Of a DNA stretch of 64,000 bases, positions 12,900 to 25,473 are shown in pieces. The stretch's first letter is position 1, and the number at the start of each line of letters is the position of its first letter. The stretch is from Harriotta raleighana (lineage: Eukaryota), in NCBI GenBank assembly GCA_050575255.1, contig JBNZDD010013510.1, forward strand, positions 908,924 through 972,923, in the 5' to 3' direction. Below the pieces are notes generated by a model. It had not been told where the DNA came from and searched no databases. It saw nothing but the letters and a program-made list of their open reading frames with translations. The position numbers and the translations under genes were made by a program.

Positions 12900-15230
12900 A
12901 CCCCTACCACCACCAAACATTCACACTAGACTACGGAAGTCTGTATTCGATCGCTAGTGTGTTTCCGTGTTTTTCTTGATGAAATATTTCTCACTTTATG
13001 GCAACATCAAGATATATTCAATCAAGAAAATGTATTTTATTGACAAACACTGGTGTAGGCCGATACACAAGTGAAGCACATGGGCAGCTCTATATTGATA
13101 GAGATGCCACTCTTCAATATTAAACTGCTTCGATTCACATTAACAATCCTGTGACTCGACTGACAAAATTGTTTTACAGGCCAAGACTGGAGGGAATTTC
13201 ACCCCTATGATTTCTTCCCCTTCTACCCACCCCACCCCTCCACACCCCCCCCAAAAAATAAATGTTAACCTTAACATTGGCTTGACTTTTAATAGCTGGA
13301 GTTTTTGACTCTTACACACATTAATTGATGAAGCAATATCAGAGACCTTTTTCACTACCATGAGATGGACTGTATAGGTTTTGTGCTATGCTGCTGTCTC
13401 TTCCGGGAACATAAATGGGCCAGTGATTGGTAGGAACACTGAAAAGGAGGTCAACGGTTTGAACTTGTGCAGAATGTTTGGAGGAGATGTGATCTATCAT
13501 TTCACGCAGGACCTGCTGGGAGAAGCTGCTGCTCCTTCTCCAATCGTGCAATCAAACACATTCGAATTTGAAAAAAATAATTCAAATGGATACTTCCACA
13601 GCAAATTGCAGAATAGACTGACCTTAAGAATGAGAAGTACTGTGTTATTTCAAGACTGAACTTGCTTGCAGAGCCCAGCAATGTGAATTATCTGCTGGGT
13701 CACGTGTTTATGTTGATAAAGTGTTTTAATTTCCACAATTATGTTATGTATTCTACGCACTCCAACAGTTTATGTTGAACACGAGCACTCAGTGTGTGCC
13801 CTGAGGGAATATCAATGAAGTGACCATTGCATTATCGGTCACCCTTAAATGTCCACCAAATATCTTAGATAATCAGGTTTCCCTTTTTAAGTAAGAAGTC
13901 ATTGAATTTCATATTGTAAGATTAGAACAATAAGTCTTTTATCGTTTCGCATATTTGAAACTTCTCCCAGTTATTTATCTTATCCATTGGCACAGCCTTT
14001 TAGTGACTCAAATTTGTAAGTAATGTCTTTTTGCACTTTTCTTTGACCACTTTTATATTGTGAATCTGGAGGCGCGAATAGTGATATTAAACTGGAGGGA
14101 CTGGACACATTTCTGCCTCGTATACATTTAAGTCGCACTTCCCAAAGGAATACATATACTGTATGTTGTTAAGATTTGGTTGAAGCACACATTGTCAAAG
14201 CTGGGATATTTTTGATGCCTGGCCAATATTATATAATGTCGGGTTAAGAAGCTTTTTCAGTTGTGGTTAATAATGCAGAGTATTTTGATGTAATTGTACT
14301 CCCAACCCTTGACTTGCAATAATATATTGTGATGATGAACATATTAATATGTATGTGGCTCAATTAACTAAAGGATTGAAACTCCTTCATGGTTTCAGCA
14401 ATTACATCAATAGAAATTTCATTGGCAGGGTCTCTGGTTTCAGGCTGTTGGGAGCAGAGGGTTTTCAAAATTTAACAGTGTTATTTCATGTCAGCGAAAG
14501 GTGTATGAAAGTTCACAACAAAATGGACGCTAAACCCATTATTTAAATTCATTATTTAAATCAAAACTCTATGCTTCTCTGGATATACCTTTCCTATTAT
14601 TCCCTTGCTTCTTAAAATCAGCGTAATATTTGGGGAATTGGAATCCATTCAGTACAGTTACTGCTGGATCAGCCATCAATATTGAGTCTGGTTCAAAGGC
14701 TTTTTTTTTTAGCTTAACACAGTTCATTCAGTGTCAGACACACAGGATGTTTCACGAATGACAGCAGTTCATAATTTCTTTGTGTCTCTACCAGGAATTC
14801 TTTTTTCTCTAATTCACAGGATCAACCTTGACAACATTTTCTCTTCCTCCAGCCAAGCTGTTTCCCTTATTCAGGTGCTTCCATAATTGCTTGCAGCGCG
14901 AACAGGCCTGTCATTTGCATGTTTTCCTTGTGAAAAAAAAACATACTTGTATTCTCTGTGTCACATATGAAGCAGAAAATTCCACTGGGTGCAAAGCTGC
15001 CTGAAATCAAATATCTTTACCATCACAAAAAAGGCTAGACTCGTTTTGTCCCCTGCAGTCTGGTGATTTCTGAATTTCCATGGGCTGCTGCTGAAAAGCG
15101 ATGAGTATTATGACATGGCCGGGAAGTGTGAATAAAGTGCCCTCGGAAGGGCAGCTGCAGTTCTTAGAGCAACAATGCCTTTCCACAAAGGATAACATCC
15201 CAAAGCACTTTACACTTGCAGATTCCTCTC

Positions 15231-15526
15231 CAACAACAACAAATTACATTCACATAGTGCTTTCATATAGTGCTGGACAGTCAGGGATCCACCCCAGAGC
15301 TGTGGTTGGGATCGGGGGGGGTGGAGGGTGGGAAGGGTTGGGGTAGGAGGGTGACCGAAGGCACAGTCGAAGAGGAGGGTCTAGAGATGGGTCTTCAAGG
15401 TGGCAAGGTAAGGGGCGAGGTGTAGGGACTGTGGGATGGAGTTCTGGAGGGTGGGGGCAGAGAGGTTGAAGGCCCACCTGACGATGTAAGGGCGGGCAAG
15501 GTGGGGGACATGAAACAGGCTGGAGC
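15231..15526 (-). mobile_element. 5'-truncated L2 3' end
   Basis: (CAA)n tail at left; the reverse complement is colinear with 4738-5070. Confidence 0.85.
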
Positions 15527-16063
15527 TATATCACAAGCATTCCCAGCATTAAATCAGTTATGGTTGTTAAAATTCCATATGTTACAACTGACGTTGTGAT
15601 ATTTTTTTGATCACATCAAAGTATAATTCAAAAGATTATCTGGGTGGCATGGCTATAAAATTGATTGTGCATCTGTGAAACACATCCTGGAGTTAAATTG
15701 CTATTCATTGTTCAAATTAACTAGAGTCCCACCATCGACTTCAATTCCCATCAGAAGAAATCCAACTGCTTTGCAAGGAAGATGATTATCCCATGGAGAC
15801 CATATGCTGTGAAGATCTATGGAGCTGTTTGTTCTGATCATTTGGACCTTGACAGGTGAGCGGGATCATATCCACGGGGCATCCCTCAATTGGAAACAAG
15901 ATAATGAACATTCATTCTCGCATGCACATAGTTTGAGGACCACCAATGTCTTAAAGTGAATTTAGAATTGCAAATGTATAAAGCTGTGGATTTTAAATGT
16001 TTCAAACAGCATTGCCGGCAGGTGACGGGATGATTTAATGCTGGGAATGCTTGTGATATAGCT
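15524..16063. repeat. Perfect 33-bp inverted repeat (15524-15556 / 16031-16063)
   Basis: agctatatcacaagcattcccagcattaaatca versus tgatttaatgctgggaatgcttgtgatatagct. Confidence 0.95.
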
Positions 16064-16328
16064 GCTTAGGCAGGAATGAGCGGTTGGGGGCACCAGCCTC
16101 TTTATCTGGTGGCGGGCAGCCAGAAATCCGAATTATTTGACGTGATCTATAGGCAGAGACAGCACTTGCTGCTAAAGATATTTATGAACACACCTGGGGA
16201 AAAATTCTTGATGTTTTGAGGAGAAACGTTATAGAGGTTACATGTATACATATAGAGGTTTGTGTTAGTCTCCATCCTACTGCAGCATATTTTAATTAAA
16301 ACTAATTCAAACAAACAGCTCCATAGAT
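15815..16328. repeat. Perfect 19-bp inverted repeat (15815-15833 / 16310-16328)
   Basis: atctatggagctgtttgtt versus aacaaacagctccatagat. Confidence 0.93.
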
Positions 16329-16580
16329 AATAAATCCTTGCGATTTTTACAGGGTTTAAAACATTTTAAAATCTTAAAGCGCTTCACAGTTAATTGTATT
16401 AAAAGTGTAGTGACTGTGCATTTCTAGGCGAGCACAGATGCCAGTTTACCACAAAGAATCATGGTGTGATTTTATCAATTGTATCTGGAGGACTGTTGAG
16501 TAAATCACTGGGAGAAACTCCCTTGTCTTTTTAAATAGCATCCTAGAACCTCAATTTTAAAGTCTGATTTGAAAGACAAA
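16329..16580 (-). mobile_element. Diverged SINE (L2-type tail plus Deu-like body)
   Basis: aataaatccttgc...aaagcgcttcacag...ctgggagaaactcccttgtctttttaaatagc. Confidence 0.6.
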
Positions 16581-17234
16581 TCAGTTGTCTGGTTTCAATA
16601 TGATTATCATGGAAACATGATACTCTTCGGGATTTTTTTCACACTTTTTTTAGACGAAAATGAGATTTCTGGGTCAGCATTATCACTGGGAATTATACAC
16701 TGGAAACAGCGCAACAAATCTGTTTTGCAAATGTCACAATTTGTGTGAAGAAGCAGGTCCAAAAATATTTTCATGGAAAGATATATAATACTCAAGGAAT
16801 ATACAGTAGATGACCTGACTTTTTTCAAGGAATTCAATCGAATTTGTTAATCGAATGCGTAAGGCAGTATATGAAGCAACAGCCTCAGCATCTGTTTTAG
16901 TGACACATAAAAAGCAACAGGATTCATTCTAAAATGGGTTTTGATGACTATTTATCCAACCTATACCATTAGAGGCAGAACAATTTGTGTCTTCAGGCAG
17001 AAGATCATTTGAAGAGCAAATTTCGAAGAGGCATGGAATGCTTCTGCTTTGAACTGGTTCAACTCGCAGAAGAGTATGTTAATCAAACGTCTGCTTTAAC
17101 TTTAAAGGAAAGCTAACTGAAGAGGAAAGACTTCTAAGATAAATTCCTTTCATTGTTGTCAAGCTTTAGTTTGAAACCTGACTTGTTACTTTGTGGGCAG
17201 GGTCTTCACAGTTTTTTTCTCTGCTGTGAAAATC

Positions 17235-17450
17235 CCTTTGAAGATCCCATAACCTGATTCGAATAGACAAGAAAGTATCTCTGTTTCTCTGGCCAGATAA
17301 AATTGTTCATTCACTTTTTGTTGGTTGTTTGTGGGACCGCTGTGGGCAAATTGGCTGCCTACAAAACACACAGTCACTACACTTCACGGCAAATCCTGCA
17401 GAGCATTTGAGACGTGCTCCCTGACGTGGAATAAAATGCGAGGATTATTA
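17235..17450 (+). mobile_element. DeuSINE-like 3' half
   Basis: gaagatcccata...ttcgaa...gtttgtgggaccgctgtgggcaaattggctgcc...tttgagacgt...aaatgcgaggattatta. Confidence 0.7.
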
Positions 17451-18130
17451 AGAGAGGACACTACCCTGCGTGAAGAGCGCTAAACAAATGCAAGTTGTTG
17501 ATCTTATTATTGTCTTTGTTCAACAGGGTTTTGTGAGAGCAACTTCCATTTGTGTCCCCTAGGATTGGTGAGGTACAATATTCACTAGAGAAAACGCAAT
17601 TTGGCATTTTTATTATTGTCCAGGGGCTGTGTTGTGAGTTATTGTTGCCTTTTATAAACTGATAGATTATTTACCAATATATGTGGCAGCCAAAGCAGGA
17701 CTACAAAATAAACCATAACTATAATCATCTATTCTCATACTTAAATGAACCGGAGATATTATCTGTGTGTGTACTGCCCACTATTGTGCCTGAACGCATT
17801 TTCAAGGCACTCATCAGAGCAGAGTAAATTATAATAAGGAAAAATGTCATGCCCAATAAATATGAGGAAAAAGATGACATTGACATTTTGTATAAAGGTG
17901 ACTCGAGTTATATTCCGATGAAGTATCATCTACGAGAAGGCAGCACTAAAAAAATAATCAGGGATGAATCAAGCAGTTTTTCTTTTCCTATAGTTTCATT
18001 GGAGAGTGAATAAATAAATTGAAATGTTCATACATTGTCTCAGAATTTTAACTCTACCCCGGTAAGCAAGAAGGACAGGATGAATAAATCCTGCACTTTT
18101 GGAATAGATTGTGGGCTGTGGTTTCCCCCA

Positions 18131-18144
18131 TCGCCATCTACTGC
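18131..18144 (-). promoter_or_regulatory. CTCF-like motif
   Basis: Reverse complement GCAGTAGATGGCGA versus core consensus CCASYAGRKGGCRS. Confidence 0.35.
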
Positions 18145-18349
18145 ATTAAATAAATCCCACCACACATTATAGTTCAGCCATTTGAAGGAATTACAATATT
18201 AAGCAGCGCTGTAAGTAAATCTAACATAACAACTGCAAGACGCCGAACCAGCCATTCTGTAGCTCAGCTCTTTCCGCTCAACCCAATATAATGTAACTTT
18301 TGCGTCAAAAGTTACAAAAGTTGCGACTGAATCAAAGATCACGCATGCC

Positions 18350-18505
18350 AAAAACAACCATGATTGTTTGTGGGACATTGCTGTGCCCTGCCTCAGTTGG
18401 CCCACAAAATATATAGTCAATTCACTCTACAGTATACTCTGTGAAGCGCTTTGAAATGTCTCAAAGAAATGATGAGGCTATATCAAATGCAAGGATTATT
18501 ATTAT
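18350..18505 (+). mobile_element. tRNA-SINE 3' half
   Basis: ccatgattgtttgtgggacattgctg...ctgtgaagcgctttgaaatgtc...tatcaaatgcaaggattattatt. Confidence 0.8.
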
Positions 18506-18797
18506 AGTTATTGGGAGATCCATTAGAGCACCATAAGACAGCCAGGCAAACTCAGGTTTTTTAGTGCTGCCTATACATGGATGGTACTTCACCAGAATAC
18601 ACTCAGACATGGTCAATATTATCATTTTAATATGTAAACACAGGTTAATAAAAGTTCACATTGGCAATAGACTTTGGTGTTGGCTAGATCTTTAGTTGCT
18701 GTTTTGCTTCATTCATATCCAGCGATTGGTAATCCAAGAGGTGTCAGTGTAACTGGAATTGCCTAAGGAGTTCCCCTACAAAATACATCATCACGAT

Positions 18798-18862
18798 AAC
18801 CACAACAACAAAATTACATTTGTATAGAGCTGTTCACGTCAGAAGGATGTCCCAAGGCGCTG
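18798..18862 (-). mobile_element. Solo L2 hairpin plus tail
   Basis: caacaacaaaattacatttgtatagagc..ttcacgtcagaaggatgtcccaaggcgctg. Confidence 0.8.
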
Positions 18863-19167
18863 GAGGGCATCCCAAGGCAGTGCCTAAACTCAAAGGTAAA
18901 TCATGTGAAATGTTTTGAAACATTTTTATTTTATACGCAGGAAGAGATGCTCGGTTTGGTCTGAAGCCAAAGCTAATTTGCTTTGCTAACTGTGTACCAT
19001 GAAAAAGGTGAACCATCTAGATTATTATATGCTAGAGGAACAAAATAACGATTTCACTCTGTTTGCAGCAAACTAAACTGCACATTTGTGCTGCAAATGT
19101 GAATTTCATGGCTTTTAATTATTTGCTTCATGTAACTACTATTCCGGACGATTGTTCTAAGACTGAG

Positions 19168-19230
19168 CAGCAACAACAACAAAATTACATTTGTATCGCG
19201 CCTTTCGCATTGGAAGGATGTCCCAAGGCA
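19168..19230 (-). mobile_element. Solo L2 hairpin plus tail
   Basis: caacaacaacaaaattacatttgtatcgcgcctttcgcattggaaggatgtcccaaggca. Confidence 0.8.
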
Positions 19231-19552
19231 TGGATTAGTGCAGTGATTGCCACTGCACTAATGAACTGCTAAAGCAAGCATAAATGCAATTTGTTATCAT
19301 TGTATAATTATGAATCGGTTAGAAAACACTTCAGCCCCTTAATCGCAGAGATAGTATTTGTTTTTCTTATTTGTTGTGCCAAGTGATGGAAAGATGGCAA
19401 CAACTTGGAGCTATTTCATTTATCAGGCACATGTGAGCTGGCAAAGAATATTACGTCTATTGTAGTTGTAAGGATACGATATGATAGAGCTTATTTTACA
19501 AACTAAAGCAACCGTAACTTCTCAGCTCCCTTAGTTGTAGAGGAGACACATG

Positions 19553-19568
19553 TGGCTCCCTCTAGTGA
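19553..19568 (-). promoter_or_regulatory. CTCF-like motif
   Basis: Reverse complement TCACTAGAGGGAGCCA. Confidence 0.45.
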
Positions 19569-22560
19569 TGGATATTGTGTGACTGAGAATACTTTCTTAT
19601 GGTTCCTTTGAGATACATTTGACAAGAAAATATTTTCATTAGTCCCAGAGGGGATGCACATCAGTCAGTCATGTCTGTGATCTACATATGCAATGTGACT
19701 GCAATGGATCAGTTCTTCATTTCAAACTTTCAGAGACTTGTCTGCGTTGTAAAACAATCCCACGATTGTTCCCTTTTCAAGATGAGGAAACAATAAATCT
19801 CTGTGTACATCTATCTGTGTTCAGTCTCAGTATCTGGGGCCCTGGCTACACATGGAATCCATAATCTCCATTATTTCTCCAGTTTACGTTTTATTATTTC
19901 ATACTAAAAGATTGGAAGCTTGAAATTGCTGCAAATTGTTCGCTGGGCATTTCACCTTGAGGTTGTAGGCACAGTTTGTCCTTCAGAGTTACTTCAAACT
20001 GCTAGCATTCTTTTTAATTAATCTTATTCAAATAACGTTTTATGCAGGTCAAGGAGAGGGACCTCAATTTCTAGAGAATGACATATTTTTTTCCCCCTTT
20101 GACACCACACATTAACATTGAGCACTCCTAAGTACAGGAACAAAGTACTTAAATTTTTATAGCACCTTATCATGCTGAAATGTCACAAAACGCTGGGTCA
20201 AATGTCAAATACCTGTAAAAATAGGGACTTGACTTGGCAGTAATTACTTTAAAGCACTAAGGTGTTACTCTGTGATAAGGCATTATAAGATTGCAACATT
20301 TCCATTGCACATGTCAGCTCTGGTGAAGCCTGTGGGATTAACCAATTTGTGCAGAATTATGAGAAAATCTGTTCAATGACTTCATATCATTAATTGTCAT
20401 CTAGAATGTCATGTGTGTGCTTTGGAGCCATTTTTTCTGCACTGATCAAAACAGCACAGGAACAAAGTACTTTGTTTAATTAATTTGATGATTAATGTTC
20501 CTCAGTGGTTTTCCAGAATTATATTTTGATTTCCTACTTTCATGAAAATATGATTCAATGCTAAGAGCGTTAGTGTGTCATTTTCACCACANTGACACAC
20601 TAACGCTGATGACACACTAATGCTGATCTATATCATTGCAACCCGTGTTTCTAACCAAGTGAAAAAGAATTTGTCAAGCATGCATTCAGGAATATGTGAC
20701 CTTTCATTAGAGCAAGCATTAGTCAACAAAATAAATGTCAGGAGGCAGTGATTGGGAAGAGCTTTTCTACGCAGTTAAGATCTTGTATAGTACAGTATGG
20801 AGAACTGTCAGCAAGCTAAAGACAACTATTTTAGTTGCATTGACTTGACAGTGTGTGTGGTGATAGTGATCACGAATGTCAATCTTACGATTATTGTCAA
20901 CTCAGAAACAGCAGCCAGTATTTGTGCAAATTAAACACCTTAAGAGGGCGCATGAACAACCGAAATGTCTTCATCTAACACGCAGTATCCCTTTGGAAAA
21001 ATGCCATTTAATTTAAGGGACGGGGGAAGGGAAATGGCACGTCTTTTCTGTCGGAAAAGGGGGAGACGTTTATGTTGAAGTGATTCAGAGCAAAGATTAC
21101 CGACAATTCTTTATCGAAGCGGAAATGGTGCTCATTATTTTTCGCTGAAATGCTGTAAGGCGTTAATTAAACCCCAAAGCTCTGTTAAAGGAGAGCAATT
21201 CATGACTAAAAGGTTAACCTTCAGCAGCTATTTGCAGATAACCTTAACATTATGTTCTTTTTTCATTGAACTAAGAGCTACCCAAATAATAGACCTTACC
21301 TGACTTTAACAGCCTTCTGAAAGGCACTCAACTGCGCTGAAGGAGGCAGCTATTTTGGGGGAAGCTTCAACCAGCAGAGTCTTACAATTTATCACATATT
21401 TTCCCTTCACCCTTTCTTGAAATCTCACGTATTGCTTACTCCTCTGAACCATGCAGACAACATAAGTCGACGATTTTCAAGTTCTTTAAAGTTGAGCAGA
21501 AATTTTCCTTGGCGTAATTGTTCTAATTGTTTAATTTGTCCAAATGAAATCCCCTTCAAAGCTTGAACTTGATATTGAGACAATCCATTCACAAAACGTG
21601 CCTGGTTTATTTCATTAAAGTAACGAATCAAGATTTCACAGTTATATCCAAATATCCCATTGGCATACAGTAATTCACTGGGTTTATTGTGGAATGTCTG
21701 TTCCTGAATGAACCAATTGCAGTAATGCATCAATGTGTGTGAAAATAATATTCATATCTCCTGAATAACTATTACATACTTTACTTTATTTCTGTATGTT
21801 TGAATAGATGATTGTATAAAAGCAGCCAAAAAGCTCCGAGCAATGCAGTTTAAAGGGCATCTACTTCATTTTTCAAGAGCATTCTATACATTCTCTTCAA
21901 AATCCAAATAAATGTCCAGTAAAAAAAATTCTAAGAGTCAGCTTGCTGCAAGTCTTAGCATTTCTTATTCTCACTGTTGCTGAATTTCATTGCCATTGAT
22001 GATTGAACTTGGTCTGTGATGATGGCTACTGAATAAATAATGAACTAGATCTTCAGCACTATTGCAGCCTTAATTTAATGGATTTGTCAATGTGCTTACT
22101 CTGATGCTTGAAAGATTGGATGCCTCTATGTTGCATCTCAATGTTGGGTATGTTTTGAATTGANGGGTATATTTTGAATTGATCAGCTATGAAATTGTGA
22201 ATCCATATACTGTACATGCTAAGTTTTTGGACTGGTTGTAATTTTCAACACAAGAATTTCTCAGATCTCCTGTTGAAATGAGCAGCAGAATATTATTCCA
22301 AGTACGTCCATACAACGTAATTCTTGAATTTGATGGCTGATTAAGAATGCAATACTTCCACTCAGTGGTTTTACTTATTGAACGACTTTTAAATCAGGCT
22401 GTTGTTGTTTATTTAATTGATGTGCACAGGTCGCTAGCATTTGTTTTGGCACAAAGTGATTGCATTTTTAAGGAGCCTGTGGGGTAAAACACAATATGGA
22501 TAATTTCTGCTGTATGAAATGAACTAAAACTAATTTTTGAATTGGCTACCGATTGTAATC

Positions 22561-22730
22561 ATAATCCTTGCATTTGATATAGTGCTTTAACACATCATTG
22601 AGAAATCTTAAAACACTGCAGAGCATTTTACTGCAAACTGTACTCATTGTATTTGGAGGCAAACATGGCAGCCAATTTCCCACATGGCAATGATCCACAA
22701 ACAGCCATGAAATGATTGATCAATTTTATT
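22561..22730 (-). mobile_element. SINE 3' half
   Basis: ataatccttgcatttgatatagtgct...ggcagccaattt...ccacaaacagccatg. Confidence 0.75.
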
Positions 22731-22750
22731 TATGCACTGTAGCCAGGGGT

Positions 22751-22812
22751 ACAACAATAACAACAAAATTATATTTATACAGCGCCTTTCACATCGGGAG
22801 GACGTCCCAAGG
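22751..22812 (-). mobile_element. Solo L2 hairpin plus tail
   Basis: acaacaataacaacaaaattatatttatacagcgcctttcacatcgggaggacgtcccaagg. Confidence 0.8.
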
Positions 22813-22835
22813 ATAGAGAGAGAAACTACTTCTTA

Positions 22836-23101
22836 TAATAATAATAATCCTTGAATTTTGATATCGCACTTTTCACATCTTATCATGCCTCAAAGTGCTT
22901 CACGGAATATAACTGTAGCAGCCAATTGCAGAAAGCAATGTCTCACAAACAGTCATGGATTGAAATGACCAATTTTATTTTTTTGGAGGGATTATTATTA
23001 GGTGGAGTAAGGAAACTTGCCCAAGGTTTCACCCTGATCTGCCCGGATTCGAACACAAGTCTCAAGCTTGTAAGGCAAGTGCTCTAACCACTGAGCTACA
23101 G
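22836..23101 (-). mobile_element. tRNA-derived SINE, near full length
   Basis: Reverse-complement head tgtagctcagtggttagagcacttgcctt, B box gtgttcgaatcc, (ATT)n tail. Confidence 0.88.
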
Positions 23102-23104
23102 CTT

Positions 23105-23320
23105 CATTTAAGTAGGGTCATAGAATCTTTAACATGCATTTTAACAGGCAGACAGGTCTTCCAAAACTATATGTTTGATACTTCATCCGAAGGACAGCAC
23201 CTCCGACCACTGTACTGCAGTGTCAGCCTAGAATATAGCTCAAAATCATAGCACAGGGCTTCAACCCACAATTTTCTGATGCAGATATGAGAGTGTTCCC
23301 AAGTGAGGCAGGCTGATATC
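23105..23320 (-). mobile_element. DeuSINE-like SINE (5' part)
   Basis: tcatccgaaggacagcacctccgac...tactgcagtgtcagcctaga...ttcaacccaca...gcaggctga, the reverse complement of a SacSINE1-like head. Confidence 0.7.
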
Positions 23321-24109
23321 CTAATCCACAATGGAAAATTTTTCCAATGGTATTTCTTGGAATGGCATTATTTGTGGAAGTAAATTCAATCTAACAATTT
23401 TAATAGCGTTAGGTGTAAATACGTATTTACCAATGGCTCTTGTCAGCATACACAAATCTGATTTATCAGTTCATGACAGTACTTGCTAGATTATTTTTAA
23501 GAGCAACTGTTACACATCTGAAGAATATTTTTGACATGTCTATGTGCCATTCGCCCTGTGAGACAATGTACACACAAAATAAGGAATAAAAAAAGACAAA
23601 AACGCCAAGCCCTATCTCAGAAGTAGTTTCAGTCACTTACTTTGCAGTTTCAAAGACAGTAATACCTAAAAGGAACCTACAACAATATTGTTTTTTTCTT
23701 ACTTCTTCAACTCCATTTGACATACTCTTTTCAGGAAAATATAGGTCAAGATAATGCTGATTTTCCCCACCATGGTCAATGCGTTCAAGAAAAGTGTAAG
23801 GTTCATTCTTTGCTTGACACTAATGCCCCAATTTCTGCTCCTTGGAAAACAATTCTGGTACTTTCTTCCTGAGCCCCAAAAAAGGAATTGGATAATTCTT
23901 GAGTAGGTATATCCTTAAGACTATTATACATCCTTGAAAAAGTTCCTTACTTGACTCAACTTAATGTTGTCTTAGTTCCAATAGCACAGGAACTATCAAC
24001 TTCCACAATACAGTACATTCAACTACAGTATCTCAATTGTTTGAGACTGGAAGTGGTAGAATGTAGAGCAGGTCTGTGGGATTAAAAGTACAGTTTGCTC
24101 TGAGAGCTT

Positions 24110-24400
24110 GTGCAGAATTGATGAGCCTCCCAGTCTAGCCTGACAGCTCAGTATAGTTCTGTATTGTTAGAGGTTCCTAGATAAAGCAGTCCCCTTTGCA
24201 TTTTTTGGGTGGACAGTGAAATATTCCATGATGTTCAAAAAGAGAAGGGAATATTTCCCCAGTGTCCTATCCAATAGCATTCCAAAATCAATAAATCATT
24301 CTCCTCATAGCTATGGGTGGAACCTGCCTTCTGCATTTGTTTACAAACCCGGGTACACACACAAAGGTGTTACCTGGGAGGTACTTGAGATGTTTTGACC
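24110..24400 (+). mobile_element. DeuSINE-like SINE, diverged
   Basis: tctagcctgaca...ggtggacagtgaaatattccatg...agagaagggaatatttccccagtgtcct. Confidence 0.6.
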
Positions 24401-25473
24401 TGACAGAAAGACAAGTTATTGATTGTGTTTAAACCTGGAGATGTAGGAGAGATCACTCTTTCAGGTCAGCCAGTATCTACCTGGCATATCTGTTCCTTTT
24501 ATCATTTAAAATAGTTACCTCAGATAGTCTTTGCAATACACAGGCACATTCCAATGTTTCCACTCAAAGGAAAATGATAGTGAGAAATCTCTTAGGTGAC
24601 AGTACAGTTCAAATTGACTAACTTATTCTGATGAAACGCAATACAGTGACCCTGAAGAAGGCTTCTCCCTCGTATCGAAGGCACTAGTCACAGATACAAT
24701 GTGGAAATGTATTTAATAACCATCATTAAATAGGTGACAAAGCATGATTAACATGGGGTCCGTTTTCACCCCTCATCCAGCGGAGTTCGAAGCTGGCGGA
24801 ATTAAATTCAGATGGGAAGTGTGAAACGATCCTTGCATTTTCTGTCAGAAAGTAAACTGGAAAGAGGCAGACTGAAGCAATCCTATGGAACAATTGCTTT
24901 CTAAGTACTGTAGATAGATAGCCTGAAAGCGCAAGTCCCACAGGTGCTTGTTGAATGAATCCATCTGCCTTCAAATGAAGCTAGAACTGGAAGTAAGTGA
25001 CCAGTTCAGAATAGAGAGTGAAATCCAGACACAAAGCAGTTTAAAATTATCTAATGGTTGGTCAGCGATCAAACAAGAAATATATTTTTAAACACATTTC
25101 CTCTCTGCTTGCTAAATCCTGCCGTAAATTGCATTACATTTGATCTTTCTTCAACTGGGCTCCTGCTAATGTTTCTTATGATTTGCTGCAGGCCTTCAAG
25201 AATTAGAATACCTCTTTGTTTTTCATTTTCCATGGAGATCACTGGAGTTATTTTTAAAAATCGAATTCCTAAGAACTGTCTATGGGAAGAACACCACGAG
25301 ATATATGGACGTATTACCCCCCAGAAAAGCGACTTACAGCTGGGTGAACAGAGGCGTGTGGAGTAAAGAACCCAGGTCTCTTGCTTGCAAGATAATTTCT
25401 TATATGAAATGTTTCACAAACCAGAAGAAATTAATACACATAGCTACAGTATATATTTATATATTAATATATA

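Noticed and set aside
12642-12979. Poly-Pro and poly-Gly ORFs resembling a formin FH1 region
   Set aside because: Produced by a pure C homopolymer with no codon variation; the flanks have no protein similarity.
16654-16760. Possible exon after ttttttttAG
   Set aside because: No good donor, stops nearby, and the peptides are not recognised.
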